From the NCBI RefSeq assembly GCF_000237865.1, contig NC_017459.1:1530001-1562000 (forward strand): a stretch of DNA of 32,000 bases. The letters run 5' to 3'. The stretch is from Haloquadratum walsbyi C23. Its GTDB lineage: Archaea; Halobacteriota; Halobacteria; Halobacteriales; Haloferacaceae. Below are positions 8,652 to 17,038 of the stretch, one piece after another; the stretch's first letter is position 1; each line of letters opens with the position of its first letter. A program made the translations under genes and the position numbers. The notes under the pieces are model-generated. The model was not told the DNA's origin. It made no database searches and was given only the letters and a program-made list of their open reading frames with translations.

Positions 8652-9001
8652 ATTTAACAGCGTTTTCGGATCACTATTACTCTACAGGAATCTTCTTTTT
8701 CTGAGTTACCGGGCTCCAAAACCAGCCGGGAGAAATCTTGATACGGTAATTTTCACCGCTCACGTATAAACCACAAATTCACCGTACCACGCTCCCTGAG
8801 AATAACGAATAGAGACCGGTTACCTCCAGAATTGAGAATTAATTTGCAAATCGCGTCGCGGTCATTAAGGGAGACCGTCCCTCAGAAAACACCTTGTCGT
8901 CTGCATTGCTCTATCGCAGAGTCAAGAGCAATTTACTAGAGAGTGGCGAAATCGTTCTGGGAGTAAACACATACTAACAGCTATTGTATTGATATCGGCA
9001 T

Positions 9002-9787
9002 TTATATTAGTTCCAATCCACCGCTGACCAGACGAAATCCGATCACGGTGAGAAGTCCTAAGACGACAAGTCTGCGAGAACGCTCACTAGCAGTAACTCG
9101 GAGACGCTTCCCGATAGTGACTCCAATCGCGGCTGGGACGGCAGCGGCAATGGACACGAGTAGAAGCGCTTGATTCGGATATAGTCCAAGGAGACTCGCC
9201 ACACCAATACGAATCCCGTTCAATCCCAGGAATACGAGTGCAACGACACCAACAAAGAGTCCATGAGAAAGCTCAAAACTTCGAAGATACGCAATGAGTT
9301 GCACACCAACATTCGTTCCGCCAAACAGCAGTCCGGAAACCCCACCCACACCAACCATTCCAATTCGCGTATGAGTAATATTTCTGCTCCCACCCATTGA
9401 CCATTTTGGAAGAGGAATACGCTGTTGAGCGGTCACAACGAATCCAAGTGTCAGAGCCCCGAGACCAACGCGCAATGGAGCGGTCGGGATGCTATCGAGG
9501 ACTGCCATCCCAACAACTGTTCCGACTAGTGCTGCAGCAATGAGTGGACTAAACCGTCGACTACAATTTTGAAGCTCATCTCGGGAGAGTTCACGGACCA
9601 GCGAGAGATTTACAGCAAGAATCGGGATAATCATGAAGACAACTGCCGTTGCTGGATCGATTACCGTTGCGAGTGCCATCGTCCCGACAAGGGCAAACCC
9701 AAAGCCAGCAAGTCCATTTGTCGTTCCGGCAACAAGCATAACAAGCGCCATTGCTGCGACTATCGGTCCCTCAAGTGCTACGATCAT
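9002..9787 (-). CDS. Sulfite-exporter TauE/SafE family membrane protein
   Basis: 261 aa and highly hydrophobic. GTTNGLAGFGFALVGTMAL near the N-terminus and a second Gly-rich repeat (GVGGVSGLLFGGTNVG) are typical of the DUF81/TauE family. Confidence 0.88.
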   Translation of the reverse strand: MIVALEGPIVAAMALVMLVAGTTNGLAGFGFALVGTMALATVIDPATAVVFMIIPILAVNLSLVRELSRDELQNCSRRFSPLIAAALVGTVVGMAVLDSIPTAPLRVGLGALTLGFVVTAQQRIPLPKWSMGGSRNITHTRIGMVGVGGVSGLLFGGTNVGVQLIAYLRSFELSHGLFVGVVALVFLGLNGIRIGVASLLGLYPNQALLLVSIAAAVPAAIGVTIGKRLRVTASERSRRLVVLGLLTVIGFRLVSGGLELI

Positions 9788-10098
9788 TTATCGACACTCA
9801 TGAGTTGCTCATGTGGAACCGGAAGCGTGCCGCAACTGATAACATTGCAAGTCAAATTTTCAGTCGTTGTACACTCATCAGTTCTGTGCGCTGTCTGGGT
9901 GTCGAAGCCAAGCTTAATCATTGGAATCGCATTATATCGAAGCAGCTTAATCTTGCCATCACCGGTCGCGCTTCGCCGGTAGACCTGCTCATCACCGACA
10001 TGTCCGGCTGCTTGCGTGCTTGTTTCGACAATGGGACTCTCAAGTGGTTCATATGATCTACAACTCGATGAAATATCAGTGATTTCGATGTTATTCAT
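9784..10098 (-). CDS. Hypothetical Cys-containing small protein, translationally coupled to the TauE gene
   Basis: The stop of the 104-aa ORF overlaps the TauE start in an ATGA junction (9784-9787). Five Cys residues are present (e.g. DECTTTENLTCNVISCG). No family was recognised. Confidence 0.45.
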   Translation of the reverse strand: MNNIEITDISSSCRSYEPLESPIVETSTQAAGHVGDEQVYRRSATGDGKIKLLRYNAIPMIKLGFDTQTAHRTDECTTTENLTCNVISCGTLPVPHEQLMSVDK

Positions 10099-10198
10099 TT
10101 CAGTGAAGTAGCTCTGTATCCCGCTAAGTGCCTTCTTCGTATCAATATTAGCACTCAGTCGAATGTAATCATGACATCATGACGCTAAGAAAATCTCT

Positions 10199-11563
10199 TC
10201 AAAGGTATGCTTCAAACTCTCTGCCAAAGACAAGAAAGTAGCTAGTCCCAACAACGCCGATTACTGCTGCAATGGTGAATGCGACTTCTGGGCTCACGAA
10301 CTCCCAAAGATAGCCACCGAGTGCAGCACTTGGAATGACGACCGTGTTACGCAGTAAATAGTATGTGCCAGTCACGCGTCCTCCGGCACCCTTCTTGGCG
10401 GGACCGACAATTAGTGCCTTATGTGATGGCAAGCCGGCGAAACGAAGCCCAGAGAACGCAAAGATGAGGATCATCGCCCATGAGAGTGGCATCACCGGGG
10501 CAAGGAGCTCCGGTCCACCGATAAGCACAATAGGAAAAAGCGCATACACCGCAAATCCAAGTGCAACGATTGGCTTAAGTCCAACACGTTCGGCGATTTT
10601 TGCGGCTGGAGCCATCGCGATGAGCGCAATCAACATCTCAACGCCAAGTAGATACCCAAAGAACGCTTCAGGCGAGAGACTGACTCCGTATGAGAAACCC
10701 GCCAGCGAAGCTGTCGGATTAAACCCGACCTCGTAGAACTGCGTAATTACCAATACAAAAAATACATACACCATCCCATTCGCGAATCGGACAAGTGTAT
10801 CACCCACAAGGAGTGGACGAAGCGGGTCGGGCATCTCACGTAGATCGCGTCTAATCTGCTTGATTCCATTGAATGAGTCACCCATGGAGTCCTCACTAGC
10901 GTCGTACAGAATATGCTGGGCGACAGTTCCAACAATCCCAAAGAGAATCGCTACCGAAAGAACGTATCGGAAACTCACCGAGAAGGCTGGATGGAAACCA
11001 ATGAGCACGGCCGCAAGCACCGGGCCGATGAGGAATGCAGTCCGACGAAATGTTTCAGTGCTCGCGAATCCAGTAGCCAGTCGTGAGGGATCCGTCGATT
11101 GCTTGACAACTGCGAATGTCGCGCCGAGACCAAACGACTTCCAGCCCTGTGCGAGCAATAGACCAACGAAAATCCAGATCCAGGGCTGAATTGTGATATC
11201 GGCAACGGTAATCACGCCGAGATTCGGTGCAACTAGCCAAACACCAAAGCCAAATGTCGAAACTAATCCGAATAGAGTTAGTGCATATCGAGATCCAATG
11301 CGGTCCGAAATCGCGCCGCCAGGATACGGAAACACCGCTGATATGATGTTACCAACAGTTCCAAACAGACCGACCACAAATCCCGACGCCCCGAGTGCAA
11401 TAATATACTCGGGGAGGAATCGATTGGTCATCTGAAACCCAAGACTGAATGCAAACATCGATAACGAAAGCACTAGCACATCTCGCTGTAGTGCAAAGAA
11501 CTGTCGAAATGTATCCAGTGGTCCCGACTTATCCGACTCAATGGTAATTTGCTCTTGACTCAT
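10199..11563 (-). CDS. MFS transporter
   Basis: 454 aa with roughly 12 predicted hydrophobic helices. The loop GGAISDRIGSRY after TM2 resembles the MFS signature. Confidence 0.88.
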   Translation of the reverse strand: MSQEQITIESDKSGPLDTFRQFFALQRDVLVLSLSMFAFSLGFQMTNRFLPEYIIALGASGFVVGLFGTVGNIISAVFPYPGGAISDRIGSRYALTLFGLVSTFGFGVWLVAPNLGVITVADITIQPWIWIFVGLLLAQGWKSFGLGATFAVVKQSTDPSRLATGFASTETFRRTAFLIGPVLAAVLIGFHPAFSVSFRYVLSVAILFGIVGTVAQHILYDASEDSMGDSFNGIKQIRRDLREMPDPLRPLLVGDTLVRFANGMVYVFFVLVITQFYEVGFNPTASLAGFSYGVSLSPEAFFGYLLGVEMLIALIAMAPAAKIAERVGLKPIVALGFAVYALFPIVLIGGPELLAPVMPLSWAMILIFAFSGLRFAGLPSHKALIVGPAKKGAGGRVTGTYYLLRNTVVIPSAALGGYLWEFVSPEVAFTIAAVIGVVGTSYFLVFGREFEAYL

Positions 11564-11898
11564 TAGTGAATTGTTATATCTCCTGTATTACATACGGCGT
11601 CTGTTACCTCGATATCAGCTATTATTTCGGATGGTTCCACAGACCAATGTAACATTTGTGTCGGGTATCGGATCACAAGACGAGGCACATGTGAATCTTC
11701 TACTAACTGCTAAATAATATTTCTATACCTAGATAAGCTGTGTTTAATCGAATCAAAATCTGTATTCAAACTCTCCATGAATCAGTTGAACAGCTTAGCC
11801 TATATTCATTCATTTGTGACATTATTCTGCGATCTGGGTTACTGACATTCCTCCCGCCGTAGGCGAGGATATCCGACGTTGTGATGTCAAGATTCACA

Positions 11899-11919
11899 AC
11901 TCATCACTCATCACTCATC
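11899..11919. repeat. Tandem heptamer (ACTCATC)x3
   Basis: Read directly as actcatc actcatc actcatc. It lies in the 3' tail of the tnpB pseudogene. Confidence 0.9.
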
Positions 11920-12641
11920 TGTTCTTTCGGGCAGAATGGTCCAGAGATTTGAACAAACAGGCAGGCCACTAGCCGTGCCAAACGACCGTTACCCATATTC
12001 TCGCTTGGAGGATATTGAGTTATCCGTCCACGAATATTCACCACACGACTTGCGTCACGCTTCCGACCACACTATGAGAATATCATTTTCGCGGTGCTGT
12101 ATCCGAGCGAACTCCCATCCGTGGAGTTTCTTATCACCACACTTGCTCCGGTTCCATGAGCCGCTGTTCTCGTTTTTGCGAATTTTACTCAAAGTATCGA
12201 TGGCGATGTGCCGACCTTGTTGTCAATGCACCGTTTAATAAGAATCTATCTGCCGCAGACAAAATAAAATCATCAGTGGTCACCGTCCCAGACGGTTCGA
12301 ATCTACTGGATGTTCCCTACAGTCACGTCTGGTTGCGTTTCGTATTCACAGAAAATGAAGTCCAATTAATATCCTGCCCGCACGAAAGCGCGAGGGTTCT
12401 CCAAAGGGGAGCTTGAGGTTTCGTGTTTCCTCCGGATTCAATTACGCTTTCGCGTGACCTGTTCAATGGGGGCTATCCAATTATCACCGAGGACATGTAT
12501 TGAAACGGGTGCAGCCCTATCAACGGTGCTTTCCCATCCAGACACGCTAGACGCTCCGACGGGAATACTACATCCCTCCATGGTTGGGTATTCAGCCGAC
12601 TGGATACCGCACGTCTTCATTACAGGGACGCGGCGGGCTAA

Positions 12642-12670
12642 TTTTGGTTTTGGTTTTGGTTTTGGTTTTG
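12642..12670. repeat. Hexanucleotide microsatellite (TTTTGG), about 4.8 copies
   Basis: Read directly as ttttgg x4 followed by ttttg. It is embedded in the tnpB pseudogene. Confidence 0.95.
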
Positions 12671-13039
12671 ATCTTAGTATCCATCACGGTCGCTGGTCGA
12701 AGACCAGTAGGTGGTGAAACCGTCGTGCCGGTGTGGGAAAGATCATTGTTACACAATACGGTCGAAGCTCAAATAATATTGAGGATTCCAAACTCCGTGG
12801 GTTACGTCGTCAATCGTCGGATTCATTCTCCCTGAGGCGCGAGCTTTCTCTTTGTACTTCCGTGGTGGGAGATTCAAGATCGCAACCATGATTCCATGAT
12901 TCTATTTGAATTGAGGCGCTAAGGACTTTTTCTCAAGAAGCGACCGAAAAAACAAGTACAGAGGCAATACAGCGCTGTAGGAGACATAAGTATCAAACAC
13001 GTTTGACGCTTGACCCGCAAGCATAGTAACGAACCCCTC

Positions 13040-13376
13040 AATGATTCGCGTTCACCGCGCCGGGTATCGGATACTGTCTTATTGAATGACGGGTGGACTG
13101 GCTTCGAAGGTCGTTTGGAGTCCGCTTCGACCTAAGCTTATGATCAGATAATGTTTTGAGCATTTCAAACCACGCAGAACACAGTCAAGCCGACTTCGCC
13201 CAGCAGTTCAAGTCGTACTGTAGTAAGCAGTTATTGGAGCGGTATCGCGAGATTCGGGAGTCGTATTTCTGCGGTGACCGGTTCTGACGGTTGGGTAGTG
13301 CGTGGGAACGACAGGTGCAGTGTCGGAGGAGGTGATTAAAGAGTATATCGAAGAGACGGAACATGCGCCGGAGTGA
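13040..13376 (+). pseudogene. tnpA: IS200-type Y1 (HUH) transposase tnpA pseudogene, frameshifted
   Basis: One frame reads ADFAQQFKSYCSKQLLERYREIRESYFCGDRF* (13189-13287). The frame then shifts to VGTTGAVSEEVIKEYIEETEHAPE* with the stop at 13374-13376. This matches the conserved TnpA C-terminus (...lKg.ss..lr..fp.l...lWs.sYfvgTvG.vs.e.i.kYIe.Q). Upstream, RVHRAGYRILSY*MTGGLASKV weakly resembles the N-terminal KYRrxvL block. Confidence 0.65.
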
Positions 13377-13603
13377 CGCGGTTCACCCCCGACCTCGGTA
13401 GGGCGGGGAACTCGCGCTGTTTTTTATTTAGAAACTCAAAGTAATCGGTCGAAGGTGAATTGATTCCACGTTGTCGGATTCATCCTACGTTATCGAGATT
13501 AGCCTCGTTCACACAAGAAATCACAGATTTCTGGGGACAATTAAACACGCAGGTATTCTCCTCCACTTGGTATAAGTTAGCACGTAGTATAACATATCAT
13601 ATA

Positions 13604-13984
13604 ATGAACGAAGAAGAATTTTCCGTAGAAGTATCAGATGAAACGAAAAAGAAGATTCAGGAAATAGCTGATGAGAGGGACAACACAATAACTGATATGA
13701 CCGAATGTCTAATTAAACGAGGTATACAAGCCGAACGAGAAATACATTCGAATAAAAAATTAGATATACCTACCGACGGTAAAGTAATAGACAGCATAAC
13801 CCAGGCAGAGCAAGCAGTTTCGCAGAATAAGATATTATATATACTTCATGTTTCTGGATTAATATACATTATTGTCTATTCACTAACGGACATACCAATC
13901 GATCTATCGCTAGCGACCGGCATTCCCCTTGGAGTTGGATTAGTAGTCACGAGTTCGATAGATATTTTAAAATTAATAAAATAA
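13604..13984 (+). CDS. Hypothetical protein with a ribbon-helix-helix-like N-terminus and two C-terminal transmembrane helices
   Basis: The start is placed at MNEEEF; the long ORF from 13460 begins inside IS debris. FSVEVSDETKKKIQEIADERDNTITDMTECLIKRGI has the beta-alpha-alpha pattern of CopG/RHH domains. ILYILHVSGLIYIIVYSL and LATGIPLGVGLVVTSSI are hydrophobic helices. The gene is conspicuously AT-rich. Confidence 0.45.
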   Translation: MNEEEFSVEVSDETKKKIQEIADERDNTITDMTECLIKRGIQAEREIHSNKKLDIPTDGKVIDSITQAEQAVSQNKILYILHVSGLIYIIVYSLTDIPIDLSLATGIPLGVGLVVTSSIDILKLIK

Positions 13985-14005
13985 TATAAGAATTTCAAAT
14001 GATGG

Positions 14006-14030
14006 GGCTGCACCCTACAGCCTGTTTTTT
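14006..14030. terminator. Hairpin plus T-run between convergent genes
   Basis: GGCTG-cacccta-CAGCC (14006-14022) is followed by TGTTTTTT (T6 at 14025-14030). It sits between the 13984 and 14089 gene ends. Haloarchaeal termination commonly uses T-runs. Confidence 0.45.
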
Positions 14031-14088
14031 ATTCTCCGTTCTATTCCGCTTATGATCCTCATTTGAAAATTTGGATGACATCACTGAC

Positions 14089-14736
14089 TCAACAGATTGG
14101 TTTTGGATCGATGCCAAGCGCCTCAAGATCAGTGGTATATACCTCATAGACAACGTTAACTGTCATAACAGCAGCATCACGTGCCTGCTCATACTCGTCA
14201 TTAGACTCACAAACCGCATCAAGTAACTCAACCCCGCGTTCAAGCGTTGCATTAGTCTCACTTCGAAGATCGCGGAAGAGGTCGGCAGCTGCAGTGTTGC
14301 CCTCGTTAATAAAGAAGTTGATGACCTGCAGCAGTGATCGTAAGCTAACAAGCGGTCGACCCAAGAGTCCTGCACCGATGCGAACTGGCGTTTCCTCGAG
14401 ATTGCGGAGGTGTTTATGAAGCGAATTGGGGCTTTGGTTTGGGTCATCAGGGGCACTATCAGCTAGCGCAATCACCCGCTCATAGTGGTCAATCTCTGTT
14501 GCGGCAACCTCACGAAATATTTGTGCTGCAGTCGGATCATCCTCATCATCTGCCCATAGTATTAATGTATTATGTGCGTGCATCTCGGCAATAGCTGCCT
14601 CAGCGAGCACTCGATTCCGGTTAAGCTGAGCATCTGTGCTCGCAATGAGTGATTTTTCAGAGCCGAGTCGATCAATTTCTGTCTCACACTCCTTGCGGGT
14701 CGCCTCAAGCACACTCATTCCGTCCATAGTAGACAT
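14089..14736 (-). CDS. Ferritin-like / rubrerythrin-family protein (tentative)
   Basis: 215-aa acidic, all-helical-looking ORF with candidate metal-ligand motifs AEMHAH and ATEIDHYE. I recall similar proteins annotated as rubrerythrin family next to rhodanese-MBL genes in haloarchaea. The family call is from memory only. Confidence 0.6.
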   Translation of the reverse strand: MSTMDGMSVLEATRKECETEIDRLGSEKSLIASTDAQLNRNRVLAEAAIAEMHAHNTLILWADDEDDPTAAQIFREVAATEIDHYERVIALADSAPDDPNQSPNSLHKHLRNLEETPVRIGAGLLGRPLVSLRSLLQVINFFINEGNTAAADLFRDLRSETNATLERGVELLDAVCESNDEYEQARDAAVMTVNVVYEVYTTDLEALGIDPKPIC

Positions 14737-15006
14737 GTGCCGACCGCGTGTATAGTTCTATCCGTCAGTTTGTGATTGATTTCGCGCATCTATGGATCCG
14801 ACATGAGCATAAATTCAAGTTGAGAGCACCCTACCAGTGAGATGAAAAGGGAGAGTATCGTTCCAAATTGCAGTGTATCTGCACCGCGTGAAGGCTATGA
14901 TGCTACACTTACTTCGCTATAGATTGGATATTATGATAATCTGAGAGTTGGTCAAAGCAGTACTACTAGACCGTGCGCTTATGACCGAGCCGATTCGTTC
15001 CAGTGT

Positions 15007-16140
15007 ATGGATACATTGCTGTCACCGGACACGCTCGCAACTCGTCTTGATCATGATGAATCGATCACGCTGCTTGACATTCGCAATCGCTCAGAAATCG
15101 ATAACTGGCGCATCGAGGCCGCCTCGGCGACACGAGTCGAGGTCCCATACATGAAATTCTTAGCTGCGGGAGCGAGCGGTGACCCTGCATCTCTGCTTCC
15201 TGCGGACGCTACTGAACCGGTAGTCGCTGTCTGTGCACGCGGTGAGGCAAGCGATGAGGTAGCCACAATGCTTCGCGAGACAGGTATCGATGCGGTCAAT
15301 CTTGCTGGTGGGATGGAGGGATGGGGACAGGTTTACTGTACGACAAACTGTGCAACTGAGAGTGGAATCCTCAAGCAATATCGTCGGCCGTCCTCGGGTT
15401 GTCTCGCCTATCTGTTCGTCACAGGCGAATCAGCGCTCGTGATTGATCCATTGCGTGCGTTCGCCGACCGCTACGGAGCGGACGCCAAAGAAATGGGTGC
15501 AGAACTCGTTGCGGTCGTCGACACGCATGTTCACGCTGATCATATCAGTGGTCTTCGTACGGTTACAGCCAGGGGTGCGACCCCCTATATGTCATCGAAA
15601 GCTATCGATCGGGGGGTGACCTTTGATGTGGAGTCGCTAGCTCCCGGCACCGCGTTCACTATTGGCGACACAGCGATTGATGTGCTTGCCTCACCAGGGC
15701 ACACTACAGGTGGTATCTCACTCGCCATCGACGGATATCTCGTCTGTGGCGATACGCTATTCCTCGATGGTGTTGCACGCCCCGATCTTGAGGCAGACAA
15801 CAACGCCCAAGCGTTTGCATATGATCTTCATCGGACGGTAACAGAGCGGTTCGCTGACCTACCTGATGATACCGTCATCGCACCGGGGCATTACCACGAT
15901 GGCGCACCGCAATCATCTGATGGGAGCTACACCGCCCGACTCGGTGACCTCCGCGAGCAGTTGTGGCCATTTACCTCCGATTCGGACACCTTCGTCGAGC
16001 GGGCTGTTTCAGATCTTGGACCGCGTCCGGCTAACGACGAGCGTATTATCAGAATCAATCTGGGTCGCGAGCAAATCAATGATCAAGAGGCGTTTGAACT
16101 TGAAATTGGACCGAATAACTGTGCAGTCGCCGCAGACTGA
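15007..16140 (+). CDS. Rhodanese-domain / MBL-fold metallo-hydrolase fusion (persulfide-dioxygenase-like)
   Basis: The N-terminal rhodanese-like domain (LLDIRNRSE...VVAVCARGEASDE...NLAGGMEGW) has an active-site-loop Cys. The MBL motif VVDTHVHADHISG is followed by SPGHTTG and GDTLF. Confidence 0.88.
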   Translation: MDTLLSPDTLATRLDHDESITLLDIRNRSEIDNWRIEAASATRVEVPYMKFLAAGASGDPASLLPADATEPVVAVCARGEASDEVATMLRETGIDAVNLAGGMEGWGQVYCTTNCATESGILKQYRRPSSGCLAYLFVTGESALVIDPLRAFADRYGADAKEMGAELVAVVDTHVHADHISGLRTVTARGATPYMSSKAIDRGVTFDVESLAPGTAFTIGDTAIDVLASPGHTTGGISLAIDGYLVCGDTLFLDGVARPDLEADNNAQAFAYDLHRTVTERFADLPDDTVIAPGHYHDGAPQSSDGSYTARLGDLREQLWPFTSDSDTFVERAVSDLGPRPANDERIIRINLGREQINDQEAFELEIGPNNCAVAAD

Positions 16141-16565
16141 GATATCACGACTCAATACCGCGCAGACCGCCGCCCACCGCGATGATCAATGAAATACCCA
16201 CCCTGATCAGCTATTTATTACCGATTTCTTGCACAAACTCTTGAACTGCTACACTCAGGAGTATCGACTTGTGGCTTCGGGGTGGATAGAAACGCAAACG
16301 CGGCGTGAAATATCGATAAGAATGTCACACCGAGAGTAATCTGATCAGCGGATATTCCCGAGTTCGTTACTGTACCACAATCACTCACCGCGTGAGAGAC
16401 TAGGTGTTTTTTGACCGGTATGACTGAGCATACATCCGACCGCTTGTCCCCCAGAGACAATGGATAACAGAATAATTACACGGTGTTTCATATCGAAAAA
16501 ATAGTGTTGCTACCCTGAGAAGAGTAAAATCACCGGATTTTATATGTTTGTGCTATATAAGAAAC

Positions 16566-16683
16566 GGTTGGAGGGTATGGGATAATTAACCGATAATCCC
16601 GACCTTTCAGAAGAGCCCGAGATTGACTCATCCAGAGTATATATGCTACATCTCGGTTAATCCGGAAAGATACCCTCGCAACC
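16566..16683 (+). ncRNA. Candidate structured small RNA (alternatively a tiny TIR-bounded MITE); strand provisional
   Basis: A 13-bp closing stem GGTTGGAGGGTAT (16566-16578) pairs with ATACCCTCgCAACC (16670-16683, one bulged G). It encloses hairpin GGGATaAT-taaccg-ATaATCCC (16579-16600) and hairpin CTTTC...CCGAGAT-26 nt-ATCTCGG...GAAAG (16604-16669). A TATA-like TTTTATAT lies at 16538-16545, about 25 nt upstream, and a T5 run at 16697-16701 lies about 14 nt downstream. It sits in a 0.9-kb spacer with no credible ORF. Confidence 0.35.
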
Positions 16684-17038
16684 AAGCCAAACTATGTTTT
16701 TCTAGGCACTAATTAATTTGGTAAAAAACACTAATACAATTACAAGACCACATTAATATGATTCAGGGTGATCATGAAACATACGTTGGATTTATCCTAT
16801 AATTCGGGATGCCGGTACCCTCTTTACTGTTGATCTAGATCATCTGAAGGATTTGATTAGCACAAATATAAATTGGTAACGGGGAGTCAAAATCGGCGAG
16901 GCTGAGAAAGAGTGAGCGGAGAATGCTCAGATACAATCTGGGACACGAAGTGAAAAAGAACACATCAAATAATTATACTAGCCATGGTATGCATCCTGAC
17001 AGTAGTAACGAACGACAAACAAGTGTTGAGATTACTCC

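Larger units (their letters stand above)
11870..12889 (-). pseudogene. tnpB: tnpB (IS1341/IS605 OrfB-type RNA-guided nuclease) pseudogene with multiple stops, frameshifts and deletions
   Basis: Minus-strand translation of about 12060-12215 gives GRHIAIDTLSKIRKNENSGSWNRSKCGDKKLHGWEFARIQHRENDILIVWSEA*. This matches the RuvC-II region of TnpB (IAIExL..IR....lH.W.F..lq), followed by a broken Zn-finger-like RKSCGEYSWTDN. The upstream fragment CSIPVGASSVSGWESTVDRAAPVSIHVLGDNWIAPIEQV (12438-12620) fits the N-terminal wedge/beta-barrel part. A possible start is at 12889. Confidence 0.55.
11842..13415 (-). mobile_element. Decayed IS200/IS605-family element (IS605-type organisation with divergent tnpA and tnpB), non-functional
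   Basis: Right-end hairpin on the minus strand (plus-strand 11850-11868, CCTCCCGCC-gta-GGCGAGG) followed by GAATGTCAG, analogous to the ...GATGTCAA ends of the two MITE copies. Internal tnpB and tnpA remnants are listed separately. A candidate left-end hairpin GTTCaCCCC...GGGGAAC lies at 13381-13411, followed by a T-run. Confidence 0.55.

Noticed and set aside
5083-8990. Recurring ATTATCACAGCT / TAACAGCT(G/A)T strings at about 5083, 6693, 7073, 8655 and 8975, considered as solo IS inverted repeats
   Set aside because: By rough estimate, dozens of chance 12-mer repeats are expected in a 32-kb window, and similarity does not extend beyond the ACAGCT core. Only the pair flanking the IS is positionally meaningful.
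12294-12303. GGTTCGAATC, a tRNA T-loop-like sequence
   Set aside because: The flanking bases (GACGG / CTACT) cannot form a T-stem and no acceptor or anticodon arms are present. It lies inside the tnpB pseudogene.
12380-12440. Hairpin-like CCCGCACGAAAGCGCGAGGG segment, first suspected to be another IS right end
   Set aside because: The stem is imperfect, and the segment falls in the middle of the tnpB pseudogene between its N-terminal and RuvC-II fragments. The true end is at 11842-11868.
16218-16460. 80-aa ORF on the minus strand in the long spacer
   Set aside because: The composition is basic and Cys/Ser-rich, with no motif and no plausible promoter context. It is likely a chance ORF.
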